This document shows positions 26,320-39,065 of a DNA stretch of 64,000 bases, piece by piece. Both the position numbers and the translations under genes were made by a program. The notes under the pieces were generated by a model. It searched no databases and was not told where the DNA came from. It saw nothing but the letters and a program-made list of their open reading frames with translations. This DNA comes from Scyliorhinus canicula (taxonomy: Eukaryota), in assembly GCF_902713615.1 (NCBI RefSeq), contig NC_052175.1, forward strand, positions 8,697,941 to 8,761,940, in the 5' to 3' direction. Position 1 is the first letter of the stretch, and each line of letters starts with the position of its first letter.

Positions 26320-26645
26320 GGTCGCCGAGTGGTAGGACTGCTGCCTCACAGCGCCAGGTACCGGGATTCAATTCCCATCTTCGGTGACTCTCTGTGTGGA
26401 GTCTGTATGTTGTCCCGATGTCTATGTGGAATTGTGCTCCTGCTTCCTCCCACAGTCCAGCGATGTTCAGGTTTGGTGGATGCAGCGTGTTAAATTGTTA
26501 CTCAGTGTCCAAAGATGAGCAAGTTAAGTGGGATCATAAGTTTACGGTGATGCTTTGGTGCAGTGAGCCGAGTTAGGGTACTCTCGCACAGGCGACTCGA
26601 TGGGCCGAATTGCCTCTTACTTTACTGTCGGATTTATATGGTTCT
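26320..26645 (+). mobile_element. HE1-type SINE, diverged
   Basis: Degenerate head, core and tail. Confidence 0.7.
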
Positions 26646-27149
26646 AAGGTATCCAAAGCCTCAGAGTTATATTTTTGACTCTTTCTGAACATTCTGAAGC
26701 TTCAGATTCTGAGTGGAGAACCATTAACGTCGACGTTTAGGAGGGCAATCTATACCATTCTATAGTGGTGACACGAAAACTGGCATTGAATATATGTTGT
26801 TGACATTCCCTGATCCTGATTTCACTGCGAGTGTTTGCATGTTGAATTGATACTGGACACAGGTTCCGTGAAGCTTTGTCATACGTCCTGGGTTCATCCT
26901 GCCAGTTCACTCGGCATCAAGATCATAATGTGATCTTTCCATCAAAGTTCATGGAATAAAAATTTTGATTCCAATCATCACCATCTCGCAATCAACCTCG
27001 CACTCACTCGCTCCCGTTAAATCTCAGTTCTCGCATCTGTCATCAATTGAACTTAGTATGCCTGTGGAAAAAAAACCTCGCTTGACTCACACATCGGCAA
27101 CTGTATTTCTACTCATAAACTATAGAAAATCTATATGCAGATTGCCAAT

Positions 27150-29130
27150 GCTTATAGAATATAGAACATTACAGCGCAATACAGGCCCTTCGGCCCTCGA
27201 TGTTGCGCCGACCTGTGAAAACCCTCTAAATCCCATCTACACTATTCCCTTATCGTCCATATGTCTATCCAATGACCATTTGAATGCCCTTAGTTTTGGT
27301 AAGTCCACTACTGTTGCAGGCAGGGCATTCCACGCCCCTACTACTCTCTAAGTAAAGAACCTACCTCTGTCATCTATCCTATATCTATCTGCCCTCAATT
27401 TAAAGCTATGTCCCCTCGTGCTAGACATCACCATCCGAGGAAAAAGGCTCTCACTGTCCTCCCTACCAAAGCATTTGATCATCTTGTATGCCTCAATTAA
27501 GTCACTTCTTAACCTTGTTCTCTCTAACGAAAACAGCCTTAAGTCCCTCAGACTTTCCTCAGAAGATCTTCCTTCCATACCAGGCAACATCCTGGTAAAT
27601 CTCCTCTGCACCCTTTCCAATGCTTCCACATTCTTCTTACAATGCGGCGACCAGAATTGCACGCAATACTCCAAACGCGGCCGCACCCGAGTTTTGTACA
27701 GCTGCAACACCACCTCATGGCACCGAAACTCAATCACCCTACCAATAAAAGCTAACACACCATACGCCTTCTTAACAACCCTCTGTACCTTCGTGGCAAC
27801 TTTCAGGGATATATGTACATAGAAACCGAGATCTCACAGCTCATCCACACTACCCTGGATCTTACCATTGGCGCAGTACTCTGTCTTCCTGTTATTCCTT
27901 CCAAAATGAATCACCTCACACTTTTATGCATTAAACTCCATTTTCCACCTGTCAGCCCAGCTCTGCAGCTTATCTATGTCTCTCTGTAACATGTAGTATC
28001 CTTCCGCACTGTCCACAACTCCACCGACTTTAGTGTCATCTGCAAATTTAGTCACCCATCCATCTACGCCCTTCTCCAGGTCATTTATAAAAATGACAAA
28101 CAGCAGTGGCCCCAGAACAGATCCTTGTGGTACACCACTAGTAACTGGACTCCAGTCTGAACATTTATCTTTAACCACCACCCTTTGTCTTCTTCCAGCC
28201 AGCCAATTTCTGATCCAAACTGCTAAATCATCCTGAATCAACATGCCTCCGTATTTTCTGCAATAGCCTACCGTGGGGAATCTTATCAAACGCTTTAGTG
28301 AAATCCATATACACCACATCAACTGCTTTACCCTCATCCACCTGTTTGGTCACCATCTCAAAGAACTCAATAAGGTTTGTGAGGCACCATCTACCGTTCA
28401 CAAAACCATGTTGACTATCTCTAATCAAGTTATTCATTTCCAGATGATTACACTTCCTATCTCTTATAAACCTTTCCAATATTTTGCCCACAACACTGGT
28501 CTATAGTTACCGGGTTGACTCTACTCCCCTTCTTGAACAAGGGGACAACATCTGGTATTCTGGCACTGTTCCTGTAGACAAAGATGACTTAAAGAGCAAA
28601 GCCAAAGGCTCAGAAATCTCCTCCCTAGCTTCCCAGAGAACCCTAGGATAATTCCTATCCGGCCCAAGGGACTTATCTATTTTAACACTTTCCAGAATCT
28701 CTCACACTTCCTTCTTGTGAACCTGAAGCCCTTCTAGTCTAGTAGCCTGTATCTCAGTATTCACCTCGACAACATTTTCATATTCCTGTGTGAATACTGA
28801 CGAAAAATATTCATTTAGCACCTCTCATATCTCCTCGGACTCCATGCACAACTTCCCTCTACTGTCCTTGACTGGCCCTACTCCAACACTAGTCATTCTT
28901 TTATTCCTGACATATCAATATAAAGCTTTAGAATTATCTTTGATCCTACCTGCCAAAGACTTCTCATGTCCCCTTCTGGCTCTTCTTAGCTCTCTCTTTA
29001 TATCCTTCCGAGTTAACTTGTAACTCTCGAGTGACCTAACTGAACCTTCACGTCTCATCTTTACATAAGCCTCCTTCTTCCTGTTGACAAGTGTTTCGAC
29101 TGCTTTAGTAAACTATGGTTCCCACCGCTC
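27150..29130 (-). mobile_element. CR1 LINE, 5'-truncated, frameshifted and internally deleted
   Basis: MDFTKAFDKIPHG, VPQGSVLGP, KFADDTK, YCVQFWSP; 3' end like 4190. Confidence 0.93.
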
Positions 29131-29169
29131 GACCACGTCGAGCTTCTGCCGGTGCACTCCAGCATGATA

Positions 29170-29965
29170 CTAGGTTCTCTCCTGATGTCTGACCCCGGGT
29201 TTCCATAACATGTGATTGATCCCAGCCTCCTTTAATTGATGTGTGTTCCCGGAATCGTTACGAATCCATCTTCGTAGGTCTCCTTCAGTGCACCTTGATC
29301 ATCGGTTTCCTCACCGGATCCCTCATCTCGAAGTTCATTTCAAGACTTCTGATCGCAGACTAGCTTTCCTGATACCTGATCCCGAGACTAATTAAATGGG
29401 GCTTGATCCAGTGTTCCTTTCCTGATACTTGAACCCGGATTTGTTACCTGGTGCCTAATCCCGGTATTCCTTCATTGATTGATACTTGATCCCGTACTTC
29501 CGTATATGATTCCTGATCCCGGGATTCCTTACCTGATAGATGCCTCATCCCTGACTTCCGGACCTGATGTCTGACCCCGTGCTTCATTACATGATTCCTG
29601 ATCCCGGCATTCTTTCCCTGATGCCTAATCCCTTCGTTCCTTTACTGATACCGAACCCCGAGCTTCCTCTCTTGATTCTTGATCTAGGACTTCCTTAAAT
29701 TATGCATGATCCCGGAATTTCTCACTTGCATCTTGTTCCCTTGTTTCCTTAGCTAAATTCTGATTGCGAGTTTCCTTTCCTACTGTCTGTGATGAATGTT
29801 TGAATCCAGGTCGATTCTATTATCGGTCTCTGGTGCAGTAGTTGCCAGAAGCCTTGGTTGGTAATTGACTACTGCAGTCGTCTCCAAGATACTGCTCGGG
29901 TCTCAGCTGGGTGCGTAATACACCTGACCCCGCGTTTCCATTCCGGATGCCTGATCACGCACTTT
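29170..29965. repeat. Degenerate 27-bp minisatellite, consensus about CCTGATCCCGGGATTCCTTACCTGATG
   Basis: Recurring TGAT/CCCG/TTCC blocks at 27-nt spacing, roughly 25 units by eye. Confidence 0.85.
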
Positions 29966-29999
29966 TTAAAAACCTCGTCTTCCTTTTTTAATGTTTAAA

Positions 30000-32090
30000 C
30001 CATGGAAACAGGCCCCTCGGACCACCTTGCACATGCTGCTCAATCTCTATCACTGAGCCATTTTCCCGCATTTGGCCCATATCCATCTGTATCCACCCTG
30101 CCAATGTAACTGTGGAACTGCTTTTTAAAATACAATATAGTACTCGCCTCTGTCATAGACTCTGCAGCCTGTTACAGATGCGAAGAAATGTTCTCTGTGC
30201 GAAGGAATGTCCCTTATTGTCTCTTTTATATCTCTCCTCTATCATCTTTATATTTTGACCTCTGATTCTGGACTCCTCTACCGTCAGAAAAAAATGTCGA
30301 CCATCTACTTTGTCTACGCTCGTCATTATTTCATTGACTTCTGTAAGTTTAACCCGAAGCCATCTACATTCCAGCCGCTCCATTTAACTCAGGCCATCAA
30401 ATCCTGGTGTCATTCTCGTAAATCTCGTCTGCACTCTTTCTAGTTTCACAATACAATTCCAATAATAGGGTGACCACAATTGTTGACAATATTCCATGTA
30501 TGGTCTTACCAATGTCTTGTACAACTTCAACAAAACGCCCCAACACATGTGTTCAATACTCTGACCAATAAAACCTAGCATGCTGAATGCCTTGTTCACC
30601 ACGCAGTTCACTGTGACTCCATCTTTAAGGAGCTCTGAACTATACTCCTCGATCTCTTCATTGTGTAACTCTACCGAACTCCCTACTTTTAACTGATTGG
30701 GTCCTGCCCTGATTTGATCAACGAAAATCCATCGACCCACTGGCCCAATTGGTCAAGATCCTGCTACAATCGTAGATAATTTTGTTCAATAACCACTATG
30801 CCACCAATCGTGGTGTCATCTGCAAACCTACTAACCATGCCTCCTACATTCTCATCCAAATTATGTGTATATGTATATATATTTAATTTATAGATAACAG
30901 TGGAGCCACCACCGATCAATGCGGAAAACCGCAGGCCTCCAATTTGAAAAACAACCCTCCAAAACCACCCGTTGGCTTCGGTCGCCATTACACCTTTCTA
31001 TCCAATTGGTTGCCTCACACTACATTTTGGGATATTGAACCTTTTACACCAACCTGCATGGGGTACATTGTCAATTGCCTTGATAAAGTTCATGTAGACA
31101 ACATAGATCGCACTGCCGTCATTTACCTTCTTGGTTACCCGTTTAAAAACTCAATAACATTCGTGAGACATGGCTTTGTCCTTCCCTAATTACCCCTTCC
31201 CTGTCTCATTGCCTGCAGATCCTATCCTTCAGAATACCTTCTTACTACATACCCACTACGGTCGTAAGGTTCGCCGGTAGATAGTTCCCAGGCTTATACC
31301 TACAGCCATTCGAAAACATGAGCACAGCCTTTGCAACCTCCCAATCGTCAGGCACCGCTGTGGCTGTCGATGATTCAAGTATCTCAGCCAGGGAGCAGGA
31401 ATTTCCTCCCTCGCCTCCCAGAACGTTGAGGGGTAAATTTCCTCAGGTCCAAGACTTTTATCTACCTTCATCCGCTTTGAGACCTCCAGCACATCCTTCT
31501 CTGTAATCTGTGCACCTCCTCAAAGCATCACTTTTTATTTCCCCAATTTCCCTAATATGGGTGCATTTCCTAATAGTACATGGTGACGAGAAACATTAAT
31601 TTAGGACCTCGCCCATCCATACTGTATCCGCGCATGGATGACCCTGTTTATCGTTCCGAGGCCTTTCCCTCTCGCTAGTCACGCATTAGCCCTTTATATA
31701 TCTGTAAACGCTATTTGGATTTTCCTTTGCCTTATCTGCCTATTTGCCCTCATCATTTCACTTTTAACTCGACTCCGACAAGCCCTATCATCTTCAAGGG
31801 ATCCACTTGTTCCCAGCTGCCTGTGCATGTCATATGGTTCCTTCTTCATTTTGATCATGGTCTCAATATTCCGAGTTATGCAGGGTTCTCTAATTGTAAC
31901 AGGTTTGCCCTTCACTCTTAGAGGAATGTGCACATTAGGTAACACCCTTTTCAAAGACTCCAACTTACCACCTGTAGCCTTGCCTGTAAACAGGCGCCCC
32001 CAACTTTTGAAAGTTCCTAGTAAAACAAACGAGACTGCACCGACCCTGCCTAAGCTTGCGCCTCCACCTTATCCCGGTAACTCTACCTAA
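30000..32090 (-). mobile_element. Old degenerate CR1 LINE
   Basis: RFADDTTIGG, LYKTLVRPYMEYC, DKSLGPEEIYP remnants. Confidence 0.85.
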
Positions 32091-32359
32091 TTATGTTGGC
32101 AGTAAGGGACAATTTATTAAGGCCATTCCACTTAATGCGAATGAGGATGGGCAGCAGAAGCAGCATCACCTTGGTAGTACGACAGCGGATAGGGATGCAA
32201 TATGCTAACATTTGGACGAAACAATTAATTCTGCCGGGTCAAATGATACTTTGTTTTGGATTGCCTCGTGGGAAATATGGCCGAATTATAAAGACAAGGC
32301 AGGGGAATCCTGCAAACACTCGGCCAGCCTGGGCAGAAAAACATGTCCCGATTAGACAT

Positions 32360-32693
32360 ATAATTTGCAGTGCAGAAGGTGGCCATTCGGCGCATCGAGC
32401 CTGCACCGGCTCTTGGAAAGAGGACCCCACCCACGGTTCACACCTCCACCCTATCCACTTAACCCAGTAACCCCACCCAACACTGAGGACAATTCTGAAC
32501 ACAAAAGGCAATTAGTCATGGCCTTTTGTCCACCGAAGCTGCACATCTTTAGACTGTGGGAGGAAACCGGAGGAAACCCACGCACGCGGGGAGAACGTGC
32601 AGGCTCCGCACAGACAGTGACCCAGTGGGGAATCTAACCTGGGATCTGGAGCTGTGAAGCAATTGTGCTATCCACAATGCTACCGTGCTGCCC
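32360..32693 (-). mobile_element. HE1-type SINE
   Basis: Reverse-complement full SINE ending TGCTGCCC. Confidence 0.9.
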
Positions 32694-34438
32694 AATTATA
32701 AAGACAAGGCATGAAAATCCGGCAACCGCGCGGCCAGCCTGGTCAGAAAGACATGTCAAGGAATCTTCAGGTGAATAGTAAGGAGCTGAAGCTGGGTGAC
32801 AAGAGGGAGTTCAAACCCAGTTAATTGAAGAGCCAGGTACAATCACCGTCTGCAGAAAGGGTTGTGAAATGAGGCCAGAGTGAGCCTCCTTACCGAGTGC
32901 CTGAACTGTTCTGTACCAATGCTTGAGCTTGAATGGCAAACAAGCGAGTTCACTGAACGTCGCTTGGCAGCAAAGAGACGGATTAACTCCGACCTCGGCT
33001 GTGCGCAGACAGCCCGAGCAAGTGGCTTCTTCACAGCACAGACTGAAGCTGTGCGAAGCAGGTCGAGAAGCGCATTTCGCAAAACCGGAATCTGACCACC
33101 TTACACTTGAGATGGGAAAATCACTGATCCAGAAGTTTTCTGTCGTTTTCCTGTTTATTGTTTGGTATCTAAACAGCTTCACTGACAGAGCTGTCTGTCC
33201 ACTCAATGGAAAACGATAGTAAAATCGGCGGTTTCCTACCCGAAATGGACAGAAACACTTGGAGAATAGGTTGGTGCATAATGAGCCTTATTTACTATGT
33301 GCTTATTGATGTGCCTCTCCGTCGCCGATTGTCTGAACTTCCCGTATTTAACTGAAGATAGCGAATCCATTGTAATGTGAACAAATGGCGCGTCCTCTCC
33401 TTCAGCCCCTCACAATGTTAACACTGTGCACTATAAGCAAAAAGGAAATACTGCAGCAACGCAGTAGTAAATCTGGCATCAATCCACTGACATATTATCC
33501 TTTATTTCCAATCTCTGTGGGGGGTAAATTCCATCAGGCCTGTAACATTATTTGCACCATATACAGTAGAATCCTATAACATTCATTACTCTGGTTTGCA
33601 CCGTAAACATATACAGGCTCGGAAGATAAGCATTGCAGACGCAAGGGGACACACTCGCCTGCAACACCCCCCCCCCCACCCCGAAGTTTGACATCATCCT
33701 GAACTGCAATCAAATCGCCTTTCCCCAATGTCGCTGATGACTGTGGCGGTTCACAACCAACTTATCAGCGGGAATTCGTGACGTGAAGAGCATGTGTACC
33801 TTGTCACTGATGTTCTGATATCCATGCAATTAGTATTGTTTTCCCACCACAACGACCGCCACCCTATTGCCCCCACCCCAGGCCCTTCCCCAACCCCCCT
33901 CCACCCCATCCCACGACCAGAACCAAGTCAGCACCCTCCTTATCGAACTACATTCAACTACTTATGCCGCTGTGACGCACAGGCGCTGACCACAGTATGG
34001 AGAATGCACGGGTCTTTCAACAGGATATGGCACCCACAATGTTGTCACGCCGATCAAAGCGCAATTCGTCAGAAAACGATTTTCCACTTACCTTTCCTGA
34101 TTACCTCACTGCACCAAATTACCAAGGTCCAACTTCCCACTCTGGATTTGGCTCACTCCGGATGTGTCTCCTTGAAAAGCGGAAGCAGTTTCTCGAGGAG
34201 GCGGATGAATTGCAGGCTGAAGATGCTCAGAAACTGTGAATTATCCAGATTGAGGATAAAGTTGCATATCGACATTTATTGCCCAGAACAAAAGTTCACC
34301 TTTCGTTGTCTTTTCTACATTGGTGAAGGACACACTCTTTGTCCAATATTGATCTGGAGACCCAAGTTGAACAATGCAAGTACAGAGACCGCCGCTTCTC
34401 CAGATTTCTGTCGTCGCCATGCGCTGACTTGTGATGTC

Positions 34439-34612
34439 CTCATTTTGCTGTCAGTAGGAGTACACTGCGTGTCTGAAAGCGGAGAAAGTCACAGGACCTC
34501 ATGTCAGTCTGCAGTCACCCCGCTCGTAGAAACGGACCGGTGAAAGAAAAAACAGGGAAAACTCACCGATCCAAGTTGGACGAGGAATTATTATCTCTGA
34601 AACTCATTTTTC
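34439..34612 (-). pseudogene. Short exon, 93-nt intron and exon start, truncated at the inverted-repeat arm
   Basis: GATCG|GTGAGT donor (same exon end as 111-170) and TTCTCCGCTTTCAG acceptor; only about 35 nt of exon survive before the junction. Confidence 0.35.
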
Positions 34613-34852
34613 AAGTGTTGATATTTTATGGTGTGTGAAGGCCAGATGGTAAACTAATCTGGAATCAATATCGGTGCTTAGACACGTGTAACTGTGACCG
34701 AATGATGAGTTGAATGAATTTATATAGATGGTGTGACGTTATTTTCTGATTCTTTCTTTCACGCAGAGGGAAAACAAAGTGCAGATTAAATCGAACAAAC
34801 ATGGATAAAGATCATAATCAGTAGTAATATAACAATATTCTTTCTTGTTGCA

Positions 34853-35330
34853 GAATCCGAGCCCTCGCTGTGTAAGAACCCTTTCTCAGTAACTGTAGGA
34901 CAGACGGCCCAGTTTGACTGTCCCTGCATTTACGAACTGGGAATGATGTCTCGCTACCTTTGGTATAAACAAAGAGCGGGTGAAACCCGGCATTAATCCA
35001 GACAGTACCACCGATAAGACAGTTGTGCTGGTATTTGTCCCGCCTGGTGACCTGCATTCGAAGGAAACCGTCCCCGTAGTGTGTTTGGTCAGTGGGGTTT
35101 CTTCCAACCAAATTGCTATTTTCTGGAATATTTCCGGTCAGGTCACGGAGGGATCGATTGATGCCAGTACAATGGATGTGGACGGGCCCTATGACATCAC
35201 AAGTCAGCGCATGGCGACGACAGAAATCTGGAGAAGCGGCGGTCTCTGTACTTGCATTGTTCAACTTGGGTCTCCAGATCAATATTGGACAAAGGGTGTG
35301 TCCTTCACCAATGTAGAAAAGACAAGAAAG
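34853..35330 (+). pseudogene. Ig-superfamily V-C1 gene remnant: N-terminal half V exon (34853 to about 34985) fused by deletion to a C1-set exon (35001-35330)
   Basis: Acceptor TTTTCTTGTTGCAG then SEPSLCKNPFSVTVGQTAQFDC...YLWYKQRAGET (V strands A'-C); acceptor ATCCAG then VLVFVPP, VPVVCLVSG, IAIFW, W..GGLCTCIV with C1 Cys/Trp/Cys spacing; donor AAG|GTGAAC. Confidence 0.85.
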
Positions 35331-35448
35331 GTGAACTTTTATTCTGGGCAATAAATGTCGATATGCAACTTTATCCTCAATCTGGATAATTCACAGATTC
35401 TGAGCATCTTCAGCCTGCAATTCATCCGCCTCCTCGAGAAACTGCTTC

Positions 35449-38116
35449 CGCTTTTCAAGGAGACACATCCGGAGTGAGCCAAATCCAGAGTGGGAAGTTG
35501 GGCCTTGGTAATTTGGTGCAGTGAGGTAATCAGGAAAGGTAAGTGGAAAATCTAAGTCGGTTGTTTTTCAGTTAAAAGTGCAGTGTGTAGCTTAGTGTCT
35601 GATTGGTTGAAGCTGGCCCCAGCCTAATTGCTGAGAGGCAGTTATCTGTCAGTCACCTGAGGCCTGTTTAGGGGCACAAAGGGCACATTGTATACTCCTC
35701 TTTGAAGTTTGGGTATTTTTTAAGTCATCGGTTAGCTGAAGTCTGCAAAAAAGACAGACAGAAAGCGCACTCAGTAAGCTTGTGCTTTTCAAGGAAGCAC
35801 ATCCGGAGTGAACCAAATCCAGAGTGGGAAGTTGGACCTTGGTAATTTGGTGCAGTGAGGTAATTCGGTGCAGAGTGTGAGAAGGTGCTTTTTCGGAGGT
35901 GTTTTGTAACTCTTGTAAGTGACTGGTAAGTAGTTTCTCTTTTTCTTTTCATTGTCTAATTTATTTATTTTTACTTTGAGATTGTAGTTGTTTAAGTTAA
36001 CCTAAGGTTTAAGTTAACCTAAGGTTTACTTAAGACATGGCAGGAGATCCCCCGTGTCATGCTCCTCGTGTGCGATGTGGGAGCTCAGGGACACGTCCAC
36101 TGTCCCTGGCTCTTTCACGTGCAAGAAGTGTGTTCAGTTGCAGCTCCTGTTAGACCGCTTGACGACTCTGGAGCTGCGGATGGACTCACTATGGAGCATC
36201 CGCGATGCTGAGGAGGTCGTGGATAGCACGTTTAGCGAGTTGGTCACACCGCAGGTGAAGCTTACTGAGGGAGATAGAAAATGGGTGACCAAAAGACAGA
36301 GCAAGAGAAGGAATGCAGTGCTGGTGTCCCCTACGGTCATCTCCCTGCAAAACAGATATACCGCTTTGGATACTGTTGAGGGAGATGGCTCACCAGGGGA
36401 AGGCAGCAGCAGCAAAGTTCATGGCACCATGGCTGGCTCTGCTGCACAGCAGAGCAATAAGAAAAATGGCAGTGCTCTTGTGATAGAGGACTCGATCGTA
36501 AGGGGAATAGACAGGCAGTTCTGTGGACGCAATCGTGACTCCAGGATGGTATGTTGCCTCCCTGGTGCAAGGGTCAAGGATGTCTCGGAGCGGCTGCAGG
36601 ACATTCTGGGGGGGGGGGGGGGGAGGGTGAACAACCAGCTGTCTCATTAGACAGCTGTCGTGGTGCACATAGGCACCAACGATATAGGTAAAAAACGGGA
36701 TGAGGTCCTACAAGCGGAATTCAGGGAGTTAGGAGATAAAGTAAAAAGTAGGACCTCAAAGGTAGTAATCTCAGGATTGCTACCAGTGCCACGAGCTAGT
36801 CAGAGTAGGAATGTCAGAATAGATAGGATGAATGCGTGGCTCGAGAGATGGAGCAAGAGGGAGGGATTCAAATTCCTGGGGCATTGGGACCGGTTCTGGG
36901 GGATGTGGGACCAGTACAAGCCGGACGGTCTGCACCAGGGCAGGACTGGAACCGATGTCCAAAGGGGGGGGGGGGGGGGGTTGCGAGAGCTGTTGCGGAG
37001 GGTTTAAACTAATGTGGCAGGGGAATGGGAACCGATGCAGGAAGTTGGGAGGTAGTAAAACAGGGACAGAAGCAAAAGGAAGTAAGGGGAAAACTGCAAG
37101 GCAGAGAAGACATAGTCAAAAATCAAAAACTGCGACAGGACAAGGTACAGTGACTGAGGGGAGTTCAGTGAATAGGCCCAGTAATACTAAAATGACTAAA
37201 ACTGGAGATGTTAAGATTCAAAACAGAGATTTAAAAAACCAACATAAGTGTACTTTACCTGAATGCTCGTAGTATTCGGAATAATGTAAATGAGCTGATG
37301 GCACAAATCATCGTGAATAACTATGATTTAGTGGCCATTACTGAAACATGGTTAAAGGACGGTCACGACTGGGAGTTAAATATCCGAGGGAATCAAACTA
37401 TTCGGAAGGACAGAGTGGATGGTAAGGGAGGTGTGTTGCTCTGTTATTTAAGGATGACATCCGGGCAATAGTAAGGGATGACATCGGTGCTATGGAGGAT
37501 AAGGTTGATTCCATTTGGGTGGAAATCAGGAATAGTAAGGCGAAAAAGTCACTGATAGGGTTAGTCTGTCGGCCACCAAATAGTAACGTTATGGTGGGTC
37601 AGGCAATAAACAAAGAAATAACTGATGCATATAGAAATGGTACTGCAGTTATCATGGGTGATTTTAATTTACGTGTCGATTGGTTTAACCAGGTCGGTTA
37701 AGGCAACCTTGAGGAGGAGTTTATAGAATGTATCCGCGATAGTTTCCTAGAACAGTATGTAATGGAACCTACGAGGGAACAAGCGGTCCTAGATATTGTC
37801 CTGTGTAATGAGGGAGGATTGATTCATGATCTCATAGTGAGGGATCCTCTCGGAAGGAGCGATCACAATATGGTGGAAATTAAAAGACAGATGGAGGGTG
37901 AGAAAGTAAGATCAAATACTAGTGTTTTGTGTTTAAACAAAGGAGATTACAATGGGATGAGAGAAGAACTAGCTAAGGTAGACTGGGAGCAAATACTTTA
38001 TGGTGTAACAGTTGAGAAACAGTGGAGAACCTTCCAAGCGATTTTTCACAGTGCTCAGCAAAGGTTTATACCAACAAAAAGGAAGGACGGTAGAAAGAGG
38101 GAAAATCGACCGTGGA
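35449..38116 (+). mobile_element. CR1 LINE 5' half: 5' UTR, ORF1 (zinc finger plus SGNH esterase-like), APE part of ORF2; 3' half missing
   Basis: CSSCAMW..CKKC, DSIVRG, HIGTNDI, DGLH, MGDFN, SDHN; 82-bp internal repeat 35449-35530 vs 35782-35862; ends abruptly at a SINE. Confidence 0.92.
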
Positions 38117-38126
38117 TTTCGACCGT

Positions 38127-38493
38127 GGGCAGCACGGTAGCATGGGTGGGCAGCACGGTAGCATGGTGGTTAGCATAAATGCTTCACAGCTCCAGGGTCC
38201 CAGGTTCGATTCCCGGCTGGGTCACTGTCTGTGCGGAGTCTGCACGTCCTGCCCGTGTGTGCGTGGGTTTCCTCCGGGTGCTCCGGTTTCCTCCCACAGT
38301 CCAAAGATGTGCGGGTTAGGTGGATTGGCCATGCTAAATTGCCCGTAGTGTCCTAATGAAAGTAAGGTTAAGGGGAGTGTTGTTGGGTTACGGGTATAGG
38401 GTGGATACGTGGGTTTGAGTAGGGTGATCATGGCTCGGCACAACATTGAGGGCCGAAGGGCCTGTTCTGTGCTGTACTGTTCTATGTTCTATG
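38127..38493 (+). mobile_element. HE1-type SINE, young, with duplicated 19-nt head
   Basis: GGGCAGCACGGTAGCATGG at 38127 and 38148; (TTCTATG)n tail. Confidence 0.95.
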
Positions 38494-38649
38494 TAACTAA
38501 TTTGGCTACACTGAACATTTACAATCTAACCTGCTTCAATAGAATTGTAAGATTGACGACATAGATTCAAAATTGATCATACATGCCGAGGAAGAATTCC
38601 CAAGGTAATTACACCAATGTAAAGATTTCTGAATCGTTTTATTTGGATT

Positions 38650-39065
38650 GGATTGAATTTGTTTATTGTCAGGTGTACCGAGGTACAGTGAAAAGTATTT
38701 TTCTGCAAGCAACTCAACAGATCATTCAGTACATGGAAGAAAAGGGAATGAAACAAAATTCAAGAAAATACAAGAAAATATATGAGAATACATAATAGGG
38801 CAACACAAGATATACAATGTAACTACATAAGCATTGGCATCGGTTGAAGCAGACAGGTGAAGTGTTAATGAGGTTAGTCAATAAGTGGGTCATTTAGGAG
38901 TCTGGTGACAGTCGGGAAGAAGCTGTTTTTGAGTCTGTTCGTACGCGTTCTCAGACTTCTGTATCTACTGCCCGATGGAAGAAGTTGGAAAAGTGAGTAA
39001 GTCGGGTGCGAGAGATCCTTGATTATGCTGCCCGCTTTCCTCCGGCAGCGGGGAGTGTAGATGGA
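38650..39065 (-). mobile_element. Rex1/Babar-type LINE 3' end
   Basis: MDSIYTPRCRRKAGSIIKD..LPSGSRYRSLRTRTNRLKNSFFP; homologous to 20066-20400. Confidence 0.8.

Larger units (their letters stand above)
34078..35552. repeat. Inverted repeat: arms 34078-34438 and 35193-35552, 754-bp spacer
   Basis: Manual reverse-complement comparison: about 4 substitutions and one 1-nt indel over 360 bp. Confidence 0.95.

Noticed and set aside
32900-33220. ORF with C..NVAWQQRDG resembling V-domain B and C strands
   Set aside because: No second Cys in frame, no convincing splice sites; chance resemblance not excluded
33404-33445. CACAATG..CACTGTGCAC, resembling an RSS signal joint (GTGCAC)
   Set aside because: No nonamer at 12 or 22/23 nt on either side; the A-rich GCAAAAAGG abuts the heptamer
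33990-34075. Heptamer-like CACAGTA and CACAATG next to the inverted-repeat arm
   Set aside because: No acceptable nonamer at canonical spacing
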